Below are positions 55,129 through 64,000 of a stretch of DNA of 64,000 nt, one piece after another. A program made the translations under genes and the position numbers. The stretch covers positions 4,261,489 to 4,325,488 of the forward strand of contig CP070812.1 of NCBI GenBank assembly GCA_020344015.1. The letters are read 5' to 3'. The stretch comes from Gemmatimonadota bacterium (GTDB lineage: Bacteria; Gemmatimonadota; Gemmatimonadetes; Palauibacterales; KS3-K002). Each line of letters starts with the position of its first letter. Position 1 is the first letter of the stretch. The notes under the pieces were generated by a model. The model was given only the letters and a program-made list of their open reading frames with translations. It searched no databases and had not been told where the DNA came from.

Positions 55129-56935
55129 CGGTCCGCCTAATTCTCTTGATTCCCAATTCTTTGAGCTCCTCATCGGCAACCGGCGCGGGCGCACCTTCCA
55201 TGAGTGCGCGAGCCGCCGTGGTCTTCGGGAAGGCGATCACCTCACGTAACGATGAACCGCCTGCCAGGTGCATGACGACGCGATCGAGGCCTATAGCGAA
55301 CCCGCCGTGAGGCGGCGCGCCGTACTTGAACGCCTCCAACAGGAAACCGAACTTTCGCTCCGCCTCCTCGGGCCCAATGCCGAGGACGGCCAATACCCGG
55401 CGCTGCATGCTCGGGTCGTTGATACGAATACTGCCGCTTCCCAACTCCGAGCCGTTGTAGACCAGATCGTAGGCACGCGAACGTATCGACAGCGGGTCTT
55501 TCTCCAGCAGATCCACGTCTTCAAGATTGAGTCCGGTAAACGGGTGGTGGCTCGGTACCGGCTCGCCGCTCTCCGGGTCACGCTCGAACAGCGGAAACTC
55601 GGTCACCCAGAGGAATCGGTCGCCCTCTTCCACGGCGTCCATGACCGACCCGAGGTGGCGGCGCAAGGCATCGAGGGCAGCGTTCCCCTGTGGCTCTGGA
55701 CCGGCGATCGACACGATGAGGTCACCCTCTTTCGCCTGGAGCCGTCCCCTCAGAGCGGTGAGCTCCGTCTCTGAGAGCTTGGCTCCGAAACCTCCCTGCG
55801 CCCCCGTATCGCTGAGCTTGGTCCAGAGTGCACCAGGGGCGCCGGCGTCCTGAGCCACCTTGTCCAAACCATCGAGGACCTTGCGGGAAAGCTTCGCGCC
55901 GCCGGGCACGCGGAAGCCGCGTACCCTACCGCCACCCTCTATGGCTCCGCGGAAGATGCGGAATTCGCTACTCCGCAAGTCATCGCTGAGGTCGCACAGC
56001 TCCCAGGCGATTCGCAGGTCCGGCTTGTCCGTGCCGTAGCGCTCCGTCGCATCGCGATACGACATACGCTGGAAGGGGCGCTCGACGGTGCGGCCGGCAA
56101 CCTCCTTCCATACCGCCGCCATCACGATCTCGATCACCGTCCAGACGTCGTCCTCGGCGACGAAAGACATCTCGACGTCGAGCTGAGTGAACTCCGGCTG
56201 GCGGTCGGCGCGCAGATCTTCATCGCGCAGGCAGCGGGCGATCTGGAAATAGCGGTCGAAGCCCGACACCATGAGGATCTGCTTGTAGAGCTGCGGCGAT
56301 TGGGGCAGAGCGTAGAACTCACCGTGGCTCACGCGGCTCGGTACAACGTAGTCGCGTGCGCCTTCGGGAGTCGGCCGCGTAAGCATCGGCGTTTCGACAT
56401 CGACGAAATCCAGCTCGTCCAGCGCGCCGCGGATCGTGTGGAAGACACGATGGCGCAGCACGAAGTTACCCAGCATCTCGGGGCGTCGCAGGTCGAGATA
56501 GCGATAGCGCAGTCGCAACTCCTCCGAAGCCAGCTCCTCGTCCGCACCGTAGGCGACCAGTATCGGAGTTGTCTCGGCCGGCGCCAGTTGAACGATACCC
56601 TCCGCCTTCACCTCGACTTCACCCGTTGCCATGTCCGGATTCACGGCCTCCGGCGGCCGCGCCACGACATCGCCCTCGATTGCCACCACGACCTCAGAGC
56701 CGATCCGGCGCGCACTCTCCATCGCCTCGCTCGACAACACGTCGGGATCGCACGATACCTGCACGACGCCCTTGCGATCACGCAGGTCGATGAAGATCAG
56801 GCCGCCCAAATCCCGACGCCGGTGGACCCAGCCTGCCAGGCGGACCCTGCTGCCGACATGTTCGGACCGTAACTCGCCCGCCATGTGGCTGCGATACGAA
56901 GTGCTGTACAAGGAAGCCGTCATGCGGTCAGCCAA
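55121..56935 (-). CDS. aspS: aspartate--tRNA ligase
   Basis: AGWVHRRRDLGGLIFIDLRDRKGVVQV is the OB anticodon domain. Class II motifs are FYALPQSPQLYKQ, GSGSIRI and GGFAIGLDRVVM. Length is 604 aa. Confidence 0.95.
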   Translation of the reverse strand: MADRMTASLYSTSYRSHMAGELRSEHVGSRVRLAGWVHRRRDLGGLIFIDLRDRKGVVQVSCDPDVLSSEAMESARRIGSEVVVAIEGDVVARPPEAVNPDMATGEVEVKAEGIVQLAPAETTPILVAYGADEELASEELRLRYRYLDLRRPEMLGNFVLRHRVFHTIRGALDELDFVDVETPMLTRPTPEGARDYVVPSRVSHGEFYALPQSPQLYKQILMVSGFDRYFQIARCLRDEDLRADRQPEFTQLDVEMSFVAEDDVWTVIEIVMAAVWKEVAGRTVERPFQRMSYRDATERYGTDKPDLRIAWELCDLSDDLRSSEFRIFRGAIEGGGRVRGFRVPGGAKLSRKVLDGLDKVAQDAGAPGALWTKLSDTGAQGGFGAKLSETELTALRGRLQAKEGDLIVSIAGPEPQGNAALDALRRHLGSVMDAVEEGDRFLWVTEFPLFERDPESGEPVPSHHPFTGLNLEDVDLLEKDPLSIRSRAYDLVYNGSELGSGSIRINDPSMQRRVLAVLGIGPEEAERKFGFLLEAFKYGAPPHGGFAIGLDRVVMHLAGGSSLREVIAFPKTTAARALMEGAPAPVADEELKELGIKRIRRTDA

Positions 56936-57051
56936 TCGCTAGGGTGTGTCGTTTCAGTCCAGCGTGACAGTCGCTCGATACGGATGGGGAGGAACCGGAC
57001 GTGAGGGTCTGAGCGACTTTCTCATTTATCTCCTGGGACCGAGCGTGCCTC

Positions 57052-57558
57052 TCAGATCGCGCTCTCGGCCTCTCTTAGTATTTCACAGAACCGCCGCGCA
57101 TCCTCCGCCGACACGAGCCGCTGGCGCAGCGACTCCCCACTCAACAGCCGGCTGATCCGGCTCAACAGGCGCACCTGCACGTCCGCCGCGGTTTCCGGGC
57201 CGAGGACCAAGAACAGCAGCCGCACGGGCTCAGCGTCCAACGCGCCGAATTCCACCGGCCCCCGTGAGACCCCGGCGGCCACGGCAACGGTGTCCAGGCC
57301 GCCGATCTTGGCGTGCGGGAGCGCGATCCCGTCTCCGATACCTGTGCTCAGCACTTCCTCACGCTCCCAAACGGCCTGGTGTATCTCGTCGCGTCGCGCT
57401 GCGAGCCCCGCCGACTGCGTGGCGAGGTCCACCAGCTCCGCCAGGATGCTCTCCTTATCGAGGCCCTCCAGGGGTACCTTGACACGCTCGGGGGCGAGCA
57501 GGTCGACGACCCGCAATATAGTCTGATCCCCGGCGGCGCTTTCTGCCCCGCTCTGCAT
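57052..57558 (-). CDS. PTS EIIA(Ntr)-like protein (PtsN family)
   Basis: STGIGDGIALPHAKI is the EIIA type-2 phospho-His region. Start is MQSG, with a GAGGGGGA SD immediately upstream. Confidence 0.75.
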   Translation of the reverse strand: MQSGAESAAGDQTILRVVDLLAPERVKVPLEGLDKESILAELVDLATQSAGLAARRDEIHQAVWEREEVLSTGIGDGIALPHAKIGGLDTVAVAAGVSRGPVEFGALDAEPVRLLFLVLGPETAADVQVRLLSRISRLLSGESLRQRLVSAEDARRFCEILREAESAI

Positions 57559-57645
57559 TCCCCCTCGCGACCTCGACAATAGCGGTAACCACGACGATTT
57601 CCCAACGAGCAAAGATAAAAGCGCCACTCGGGCCCATCAACATGA

Positions 57646-58149
57646 CTAGCCCGGCCACAGACGGCGTGCCGCCCGCTTCACACGTTTCCACCAAACCCCT
57701 CCCCCTTGAGCCTGCGGCTCGGGGTTGCGCGGCTCGGGACTGCGGCCCCAATCCGACCCAAGTATCACCGTGACGTCCAGATAGAGATTCCTGTCGGGTT
57801 CGTGCACGACATGGCGAAGCCCGAGGGCGTCGGCGACGTGCCGAGCAGGCTCCACGTCATCCAGCCGAGCGATGACAACCGAGCTGTCGCGGCCGAACGA
57901 CGGGAGGTTGCCGTAGTAGACGACGTCGAAGTCGAGTTCGCGCAGCCTTTCGGTGGCACGAACGGCCAGCCTGTCCACACCCGCGCCGTTGAGGACTTCC
58001 ACGCGGATTCGCCGTCCACCCCAGTGTCCCTCCGGCTGCTCGACGGTCATAGGGGTCTCGTGCCGGATCTCGAGCCATAGCGAAGCTACGAACACTCCCA
58101 CCACGAAGAACACCAAAGCGAGGATAGCGGTGCGCAGGTGGCTACTCAA
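57646..58149 (-). CDS. LytR_C (cell-envelope-related transcriptional attenuator C-terminal) domain membrane protein
   Basis: N-terminal TM is ILALVFFVVGVFVASLWL. This is followed by RIRVEVLNGAGVDRLAVRATERLRELDFDVVYYGNL, a typical LytR_C. Confidence 0.6.
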   Translation of the reverse strand: MSSHLRTAILALVFFVVGVFVASLWLEIRHETPMTVEQPEGHWGGRRIRVEVLNGAGVDRLAVRATERLRELDFDVVYYGNLPSFGRDSSVVIARLDDVEPARHVADALGLRHVVHEPDRNLYLDVTVILGSDWGRSPEPRNPEPQAQGGGVWWKRVKRAARRLWPG

Positions 58150-58745
58150 ATGTCCCCCCTGCTATCTACCGCGCCGTTCTCCTGCAGCTCGTTCCAAAAC
58201 GCGACGGTCTCAGGGCGTAGAGGTCGGCCGCGACTGAGAACCTCCTGAATGCGGAGAGCACAAATACGCCTCAGGACCGCGTCGGGCTCGTGGGGAAGCG
58301 CGGCGCGCATCGCGGCGTTCTCCACCGGGGAAAAAGGCCGCCCGGGCTCGAGGTAGTCCGCCAGATAGAGATAGCGTCCAAGGGCACCGAATCCGCTGTT
58401 GCCCAGACTGTGGAAGCGGATCGCGTCCAGTAGCTCGCGATCGTCAACGCCCTCTGCGCCGAGCCGCTCCGCGGCAGCCGGCCCATGCTGCACTTGAATA
58501 GGATACTCGGGCGCTGCAGCGGCGAGCGACTCGGGAACCTCATCACGTAGCGAATCGTGCAACCAGCCGGCCGCGACCCAGCGTAGGCGATCGCCCTCGT
58601 CCAGGCCGAGCTCGGCCGCCCAGCGTGACAGCAGCTCCGCCACCGACGCGAGGTGGGTCAGGCGCCCCGTCCGCACGCGGGCCCAGGCGGGCAGCTCTCC
58701 ACGGGCCGCTCTAATAATAAGAGGATGCAACTCCCGGCGTGTCAT
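58146..58745 (-). CDS. HD-domain hydrolase (YqeK-like)
   Basis: HLASVAELLSRWAAELGLDEGDRLRWVAAGWLHDSLRD is the H...HD motif arrangement of YqeK-type HD proteins. Start taken at MTRRELH (aa 34) to avoid overlap with panC. Confidence 0.55.
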   Translation of the reverse strand: MTRRELHPLIIRAARGELPAWARVRTGRLTHLASVAELLSRWAAELGLDEGDRLRWVAAGWLHDSLRDEVPESLAAAAPEYPIQVQHGPAAAERLGAEGVDDRELLDAIRFHSLGNSGFGALGRYLYLADYLEPGRPFSPVENAAMRAALPHEPDAVLRRICALRIQEVLSRGRPLRPETVAFWNELQENGAVDSRGDI

Positions 58746-58758
58746 ATGTCTCAATACT

Positions 58759-59631
58759 CTATAATAGCCTTGCCAGGCCCGGGTCTGGCGCGCCCAGTCG
58801 CGCATTATCGATGAGCCGTGTGGTGCCGACCCGAGCAGCCACAACCACGACCGTCTCCTCGTCCGCCTGTTGGACCGGCTCCAGGTCGTCGGCGGAGACT
58901 ACCTCTACGTACTCGACGTCCACACCGCCGGCCTCCTCCATCGTCTGCAAGACACCCCGACCGATCATCGCCGCGTCCCGCTCGCCCGATCTGAAAGACC
59001 TCAGCGCCCCGGCGAGGCCCCGCGAGATGCTCAGAGCCCGCCGCCGCTCGTCGGCCGATAAGTATTCGTTGCGCGAGCTCATGGCGATACCGTCCGCCTC
59101 CCGCACCGTAGGTGCCACCTCGACGCGGACGGGCATGTCGAGATCGATCACCATCTTCTGGATCAGGACCGCCTGCTGGAAATCCTTCTGGCCAAAGACT
59201 GCGAGGTCAGGCTGAACGATGCCGAACAGCTTGCCGACGACCGTAAGCACGCCCTCAAAGTGGCCCGGCCGGCTGAGGCCACAGAGCCGGTCGGCCAGCC
59301 GCCTGGGCGCAACGGTCACGGTGAGCTCAGTCGGATACAGTTCGCGGTCAGCGGGAGCGAACACCAGGTCGACGCCTCGCTCTTCGGCCAACGCCAAGTC
59401 GCGCTCCAGCGCTCGCGGGTACTCGTCGAAGTCTTCTGAGGGCCCGAACTGCAGGGGGTTCACGTAGATCGACATGACCACGTAGCCGGCGAGCTCGCAG
59501 CAACGGTCTGCCAGGCTGAGATGTCCCTCGTGGAGGAATCCCATTGTGGGGACCAGGCCGATGCTCCGTCCGCTACTGCGGGCCCGACCGACTTCCGCCC
59601 TGACCTCCGAGATCGTCTTGACAAGCTTCAC
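58759..59631 (-). CDS. panC: pantoate--beta-alanine ligase
   Basis: VPTMGFLHEGHLSL has the HIGH-like motif. Length is 290 aa. Confidence 0.9.
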   Translation of the reverse strand: MKLVKTISEVRAEVGRARSSGRSIGLVPTMGFLHEGHLSLADRCCELAGYVVMSIYVNPLQFGPSEDFDEYPRALERDLALAEERGVDLVFAPADRELYPTELTVTVAPRRLADRLCGLSRPGHFEGVLTVVGKLFGIVQPDLAVFGQKDFQQAVLIQKMVIDLDMPVRVEVAPTVREADGIAMSSRNEYLSADERRRALSISRGLAGALRSFRSGERDAAMIGRGVLQTMEEAGGVDVEYVEVVSADDLEPVQQADEETVVVVAARVGTTRLIDNARLGAPDPGLARLL

Positions 59632-59652
59632 GGCAGGAATAGCGCGTCACCC

Positions 59653-60492
59653 TCACTCGTACGAGTGCTCGGGACCGGGATAGACGCCCTCTTTCACCTC
59701 ACGCACGTAGTCGGAAACCGCCTCACGGACGCCGGCAGCCAGGTCGGCATACCGCTTCAGAAAGCCGGGGCTGAAGGCCTCGTTCAGGCCCAGCATGTCT
59801 GGCAGGACCAGAACCTGCCCGTCGCATTCGGGACCGGCCCCGATCCCGATGGTGGGGATCGGCACCGCCCGGGTAATTGCGCCGGCCAACCCCTTGGGAA
59901 GCATCTCCAGCACTATGCTGAAGCACCCCGCGTCGACCAGCCGCGCCGCTTCGGCCAGCAGCCGCTCCTGTTCCTGTTCGACCCTGCCGACCAGGCGATA
60001 GCCCCCGAGCTTGTGGACTGACTGTGGCGTGAGGCCCAGGTGACCCATCACCGGTATACCCGAGACGACCAACCTGTCGATGGTCCGCGCCATCTCTTCA
60101 TGGCCACCCTCCAACTTCACCGCCTGCGCCCCGGTCTCCTGTAGCACCCGGCCGCAGTTGCGGATCGCTTCCTCGACCGAGACCTGGTAGGTGAGAAACG
60201 GCATGTCGACGACGAGTAGTGCCCGCTCGATTCCCCGTCGCACCGCCTTCGCGTGATAGATCATCTGCTCGATGGTGACGGGGAGGGTCGATTCCTCTCC
60301 GGCGACGACCTGGCCCAGCGAGTCGCCGACGAGCACACAGTCGACCCCGGCCTCGTCGAGCAGCCCCGCCATTAGATAATCGTAAGCGGTGAGCACGGCG
60401 ATTCGCTCGCCGCGCTGTTTCATGGCGACGAACTCGAGCGTGGTCATACGACGCCGAGGGTCCTTCTGGTCTGGAGGTTCCTTGGCCATCAC
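59653..60492 (-). CDS. panB: 3-methyl-2-oxobutanoate hydroxymethyltransferase
   Basis: RIAVLTAYDY, LVGDSLG and VKLEGG are KPHMT motifs. Length is 279 aa. Confidence 0.9.
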   Translation of the reverse strand: MMAKEPPDQKDPRRRMTTLEFVAMKQRGERIAVLTAYDYLMAGLLDEAGVDCVLVGDSLGQVVAGEESTLPVTIEQMIYHAKAVRRGIERALLVVDMPFLTYQVSVEEAIRNCGRVLQETGAQAVKLEGGHEEMARTIDRLVVSGIPVMGHLGLTPQSVHKLGGYRLVGRVEQEQERLLAEAARLVDAGCFSIVLEMLPKGLAGAITRAVPIPTIGIGAGPECDGQVLVLPDMLGLNEAFSPGFLKRYADLAAGVREAVSDYVREVKEGVYPGPEHSYE

Positions 60493-60558
60493 GGCTGGGA
60501 TGTTAGCGCCGTCGATTCCAAGGTGTCAAACCGGGCAGGCGCGTGTCGCCACCGTCGC

Positions 60559-62022
60559 TCAGGCTACGTAGTCGGAAACCGTGATGCTGTATTTGTCAGG
60601 GTCGGTTGTCTTCACGATCGTGCGGACCGGACGACCCGTCGCCGCGTCCTCCTCCGACAGGTCAACCAGCGGTGGTTCCGGGAGCTTGCGGCCACTGGCA
60701 TCGGAGACCACCCGTACCAGAGGCCGGTGCAGCTCTTCCGGGTTCGGGCTCGGCGCGACGACGACGGCCAACTCGCCCGTGTCCAGAATGCATAGCGTTC
60801 CCACCGGATAGATGCCCATCATGTTCACGAACGCCTTGACGATTGTGGCATCGAATCCGCGAGACGGATTGTCCCGCATCTCCCGCAGCACCTCGTCGGG
60901 TGGAAACGGTATGTACTGGTAACTCCGCTTACTCGTCGCCGCGTCGAAGGCATCGGCGACAGCCACGATCCGCGAGAAGAAACCCATCCAGCGGTCCCGG
61001 ACCACCCGCGGGTAGCCGGTGAAATCGGTCCGCATATGGTGCTCGTACGCCGTCAGCATCGCCCGATAGGGCGGCTCCTCGAACCCGTGTAGGTCGAACA
61101 GGAGGATGAGCCCGAACTCGGGGTGCTGGCTCATGACCCGCCACTCCTCTTTGTCCAGCCGGCCTTCCTTGTTCAGCACGCTGAGCGGGACACGCGACTT
61201 GCCCACGTCGTGGAACAGGGCGCCGAGCCCGAGGTCGAACAGCTGATGTCTGCTGAAACCGAGTTTCTGGCCGAGCGCCACCGAGAGGATGCAGACGTTC
61301 ACCGAGTGAGTAAACGTGTACTCGTCGTAGTCGCGCAGCGTCGTCATTCCCAGCATCGCGGCCTCGTCGTGCAGAACCTGGTCGACGATACCCAGCACTA
61401 CGCGCTTGACTCGACGCCCGCTCCAAGCCTTGCCGAGTCGAACGCTGGTCATCACGTCCTTGACCACGCTAACCGAGCGCGCGTACGTGCGTCGCGCCGC
61501 TTCCTTGGCTTCTTCGCTCAGGCTCAGCGTATCGACCAGCGCTGCAGCCGGCCCCACCGCGATGTTCTCGACGCCCGCCTGTTGGATGCGCTGCTGGACC
61601 GACTCCAGCGCCTGCTGAGCAGTCCCCTCCGGTTCCTGGACCAGCAGCGACAGGAACGACGTCCACTCGCGGATGTCGACCGCCGGGTTCACGTCGATGC
61701 TTCCGACGCCATGTGCTTCCAAGATCTTCCGGACGAAGACGAAGCTGGCGTAGTTACCGAGATCGAGCCGCAACCGCACGTCGTTGAAGAAGACGAAATC
61801 GCCAGCCAAACGCAGTTGCAGGCGCCCTTCCCGGTTGAGCGAGATCCGCGCGCTCGCCTCTACCTCGGCCAACGCCCGCTGTACCACTTGGTTCTCCAGA
61901 GGATAGAGGCGCAACGAGCGCATCGTCGCGTAGAGCGCCGCCAGGACCTTGCGCCCTTCACCGCTCAATAGGGCGCTGGTATCCTGGATCAGCCCATCCT
62001 CACTCCTCGTTACCATCATCAT
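60559..62022 (-). CDS. HD-GYP domain protein with ~230-aa N-terminal domain of unknown function
   Basis: LFHDVGKSRVPLSVLNKEGRLDKEEWRVMSQHPEFG...YEHHMRTDFTGYPRV has HD plus GYP. Start is MMMV (aa 17) with a perfect AGGAGG 9 nt upstream. Confidence 0.85.
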   Translation of the reverse strand: MMMVTRSEDGLIQDTSALLSGEGRKVLAALYATMRSLRLYPLENQVVQRALAEVEASARISLNREGRLQLRLAGDFVFFNDVRLRLDLGNYASFVFVRKILEAHGVGSIDVNPAVDIREWTSFLSLLVQEPEGTAQQALESVQQRIQQAGVENIAVGPAAALVDTLSLSEEAKEAARRTYARSVSVVKDVMTSVRLGKAWSGRRVKRVVLGIVDQVLHDEAAMLGMTTLRDYDEYTFTHSVNVCILSVALGQKLGFSRHQLFDLGLGALFHDVGKSRVPLSVLNKEGRLDKEEWRVMSQHPEFGLILLFDLHGFEEPPYRAMLTAYEHHMRTDFTGYPRVVRDRWMGFFSRIVAVADAFDAATSKRSYQYIPFPPDEVLREMRDNPSRGFDATIVKAFVNMMGIYPVGTLCILDTGELAVVVAPSPNPEELHRPLVRVVSDASGRKLPEPPLVDLSEEDAATGRPVRTIVKTTDPDKYSITVSDYVA

Positions 62023-63778
62023 CCGATTCGCCCTCCTCGGGCGGTTCGCGCCGCGCTGCATGCACCGCACTCAGGACCATCGGGTCCTTGTCGAACTCCG
62101 CTACATTGAGTTCCTTCTCCGCCTCCGCGCCACCCACCAAGCCCAGCGCCCGCGCCGCACAGGCGCGCATCTGGCTCGGATACTTGAACCACAGATAACG
62201 ACGTCCGTTCAGCATACGCGCCAACAGCCGGGTCCCTTTGTCGCCGGCGGCGCGAGCGTAGGCCTCGAAGAAGGCTAGCTGTTCCGTCAAATCCCGCTTG
62301 CGCAGGTCGTTGCCCTTGATGTACCCCTCAAGTTGCTGAGCGCCGGGGCTGTACTTGAGCCGCGCGATGCCTTTGGCCGCCGCCACCCGAACGTCGCGAC
62401 TCTCGTCAGTCAGCGCTCCCATCAGCGGACTGCCCGCCATCGAGGTCCGCAGCGCCACCAGCGCCTCGACCGCGGCGAGCCTCACTTCCTGCTCGGGCCG
62501 CTTGAGCAGCCCCGAGATAGGCTCCGCCGTGCCGCTCATCTTCAGACGCCCGGCGATCTTCGCCGCCTCCGCCGCCACCCGCGGATCGTCGGCCGTGACC
62601 AGGCCCGGCATCAGCTTCGGATTTATCGAGGCCAGCCGGTCGAGCGTCGCCATGAGCTGCTCCCGTGCCTCCTTGCGCGCCACTAAGGGCAACGCCTGGA
62701 TCAGCACGATAATCGCCTGCGGCTTGAGCGCCCCCAGCAAGGTGGCCAGCGCCTCGCTGTTCGGATCGACCGTCCCGTCTTCCAGGATCTTGACCAGCTG
62801 CTCGAGCACGATCGGCTCGCTCAGTTCGCCGATGATCGCGTCTACTTCCTCTATGACCGCCGCGTCCTCCTGCTTCTTGACGGCGATCCCCTTCAGCTCA
62901 CCGACAATGAAGGACGCCTTGGCGAAGTCCCCTTCCGCTAGCACGCGCGGCAGCATCTGACGCAGCATGTCCACGACTTCGGCGCGACGCTCCTCATCAC
63001 CCAGCTCGTACTGGTCGAGGACCGCAACCGTCACATCCTGCCTCACCGGCCGATCCCACTCGCGAAGCAGTTCCTGTTGGAGGTGCGCCACGTCGGCTTC
63101 GTCCAGGAAGTACAGCGACGGCTCGAAGTCCTCGCGCAGTGTTGGCGTCTGCAACTCCGGAGACAGCTCCAACTCGGGAAGCGCTGGAAGCGTGTCGTCG
63201 GCCTGCGACAAGTCCGGTACAGGCACCGGCGGTTCATCACCCAGTACGTCGACGTACTCGTAGCGGATCAGACTGAAGTCGCAGTTCCACAGCAACGTCA
63301 GCAGGTCGTCCTCATCCTCCTTCAGCGTTTTCGAGAGGCGTAGAACGTCGATGAACTGACGAAGCTCGTCATCTTCGACGCCCGGCAATAACTCCACCCG
63401 CCTGATACCGTCCCTGTACAGGTTGAAGGCCAGGTTATCCTGCCCTCCCAGCTTCTCCTGGTAGACCTGGCTGTCGAGCCAGCGGATCTCGCTCTCGTAG
63501 ACCGTTAAGTTGAGCGAGGGGACGCGGTCCCAGATCGCGTTCAGGCGTCGCTTAAGGTCTTCGATGAACTGATGCAGAAGTGGGTTGCCCTGGACGTACA
63601 GTTGCGCCGCCCGAACCGTCTTCACGAAGGCCGTGAGGAACTCCCGCACTTCCGTGTCGAGTCCACCCTCCTCCGCGACCGGAACCGCTTCCGTTCCCGG
63701 GTCCGTGGCCGGCCCTACATCCGATTCGAAATCGGAATCGAAATCAGGTAAACCACCGAGGACGTTCTCGTCCATCAC
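62000..63778 (-). CDS. HEAT-repeat (PBS-lyase-like) protein with acidic N-terminus
   Basis: Repeated AAVEALVAL...D..VRVAAAKGIARL and ARALGLVGG helices. The 3' end overlaps the HD-GYP start by 23 nt. Confidence 0.65.
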   Translation of the reverse strand: MMDENVLGGLPDFDSDFESDVGPATDPGTEAVPVAEEGGLDTEVREFLTAFVKTVRAAQLYVQGNPLLHQFIEDLKRRLNAIWDRVPSLNLTVYESEIRWLDSQVYQEKLGGQDNLAFNLYRDGIRRVELLPGVEDDELRQFIDVLRLSKTLKEDEDDLLTLLWNCDFSLIRYEYVDVLGDEPPVPVPDLSQADDTLPALPELELSPELQTPTLREDFEPSLYFLDEADVAHLQQELLREWDRPVRQDVTVAVLDQYELGDEERRAEVVDMLRQMLPRVLAEGDFAKASFIVGELKGIAVKKQEDAAVIEEVDAIIGELSEPIVLEQLVKILEDGTVDPNSEALATLLGALKPQAIIVLIQALPLVARKEAREQLMATLDRLASINPKLMPGLVTADDPRVAAEAAKIAGRLKMSGTAEPISGLLKRPEQEVRLAAVEALVALRTSMAGSPLMGALTDESRDVRVAAAKGIARLKYSPGAQQLEGYIKGNDLRKRDLTEQLAFFEAYARAAGDKGTRLLARMLNGRRYLWFKYPSQMRACAARALGLVGGAEAEKELNVAEFDKDPMVLSAVHAARREPPEEGESDDDGNEE

Positions 63779-64000
63779 CGCTTCCCTCTCGGCAGCGTGC
63801 CGCCGTCAGTTTCGAGACGCCCTACGTCCTCCACGTCCCTGCCGCCCGTGCCTAGTTTTACCGCCCCCTTATACGCGAGGATCCCGCGGTCAGCTTCTCG
63901 TTGGTTTCTGGAACCTCAGCCGGCATAGCAAGTGGCGCCGTCTGGCCAACGGCCTGCGAAGACTGCCCTATGACGGCCTGGGACTCGCGGACAAGGCAGG

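Noticed and set aside
1-64000. Search for tRNA, rRNA, CRISPR arrays, integrase/transposase genes
   Set aside because: By-eye search found no tRNA-like T-arm/anticodon context. No repeat-spacer arrays were found. No transposase or integrase ORFs among the called genes.

Overview
This 64-kb window is a densely coding stretch of a high-GC bacterial chromosome, roughly 65-68% GC by eye. I call about 60 protein genes. I could not recognise any rRNA, tRNA, CRISPR array or intact IS element.

**Left third (1-18 kb).** Secreted and envelope proteins (M28 peptidase, DinB-family protein, TolB-N-like/TPR membrane protein, PQQ-propeller lipoprotein) sit beside housekeeping genes rng and rplU-rpmA. An ECF sigma / zinc-finger anti-sigma / TPR-CHAT (caspase-like) module is also here.

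**Middle (18-40 kb).**
- Tat-exported MBL hydrolase.
- Two tandem M14 carboxypeptidases; the first appears to lack canonical zinc ligands.
- An AT-rich toxin-antitoxin islet (vapBC plus mazEF) carrying operator-like repeats.
- recQ, a PKD-domain lipoprotein and penicillin acylase.
- A plus-strand four-gene Ser/Thr phospho-signalling operon: dual-FHA protein, secreted NHL propeller, Hanks kinase with extracellular Ig/PEGA domains, and an FHA-GAF-HD-GYP c-di-GMP phosphodiesterase.

**Right third (40-64 kb).** One long minus-strand gene array:
- Acyl-CoA catabolism: enoyl-CoA hydratase, AtuA/DUF4387 with two small membrane ORFs, acyl-CoA carboxyltransferase, split methylmalonyl-CoA mutase with MeaB, and a GalT-like HIT gene.
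- mgtE-DUF502, ybeY-pgpH-phoH, aspS, a ptsN-like IIA gene, panC-panB.
- A second HD-GYP protein coupled to a HEAT-repeat protein.

**Intergenic repeats.** A MITE-like AT-rich palindrome lies at 321-459. A structured inverted/direct repeat block fills the divergent promoter at 31.7 kb. Degenerate heptanucleotide tandem arrays occur at 46.2 kb and 51.35 kb.

**Method notes.** The ORF track translates alternative starts (GTG/TTG) as M. Where I moved a start inward to a better-supported start codon, I derived the coordinate from amino-acid counts in the ORF track.
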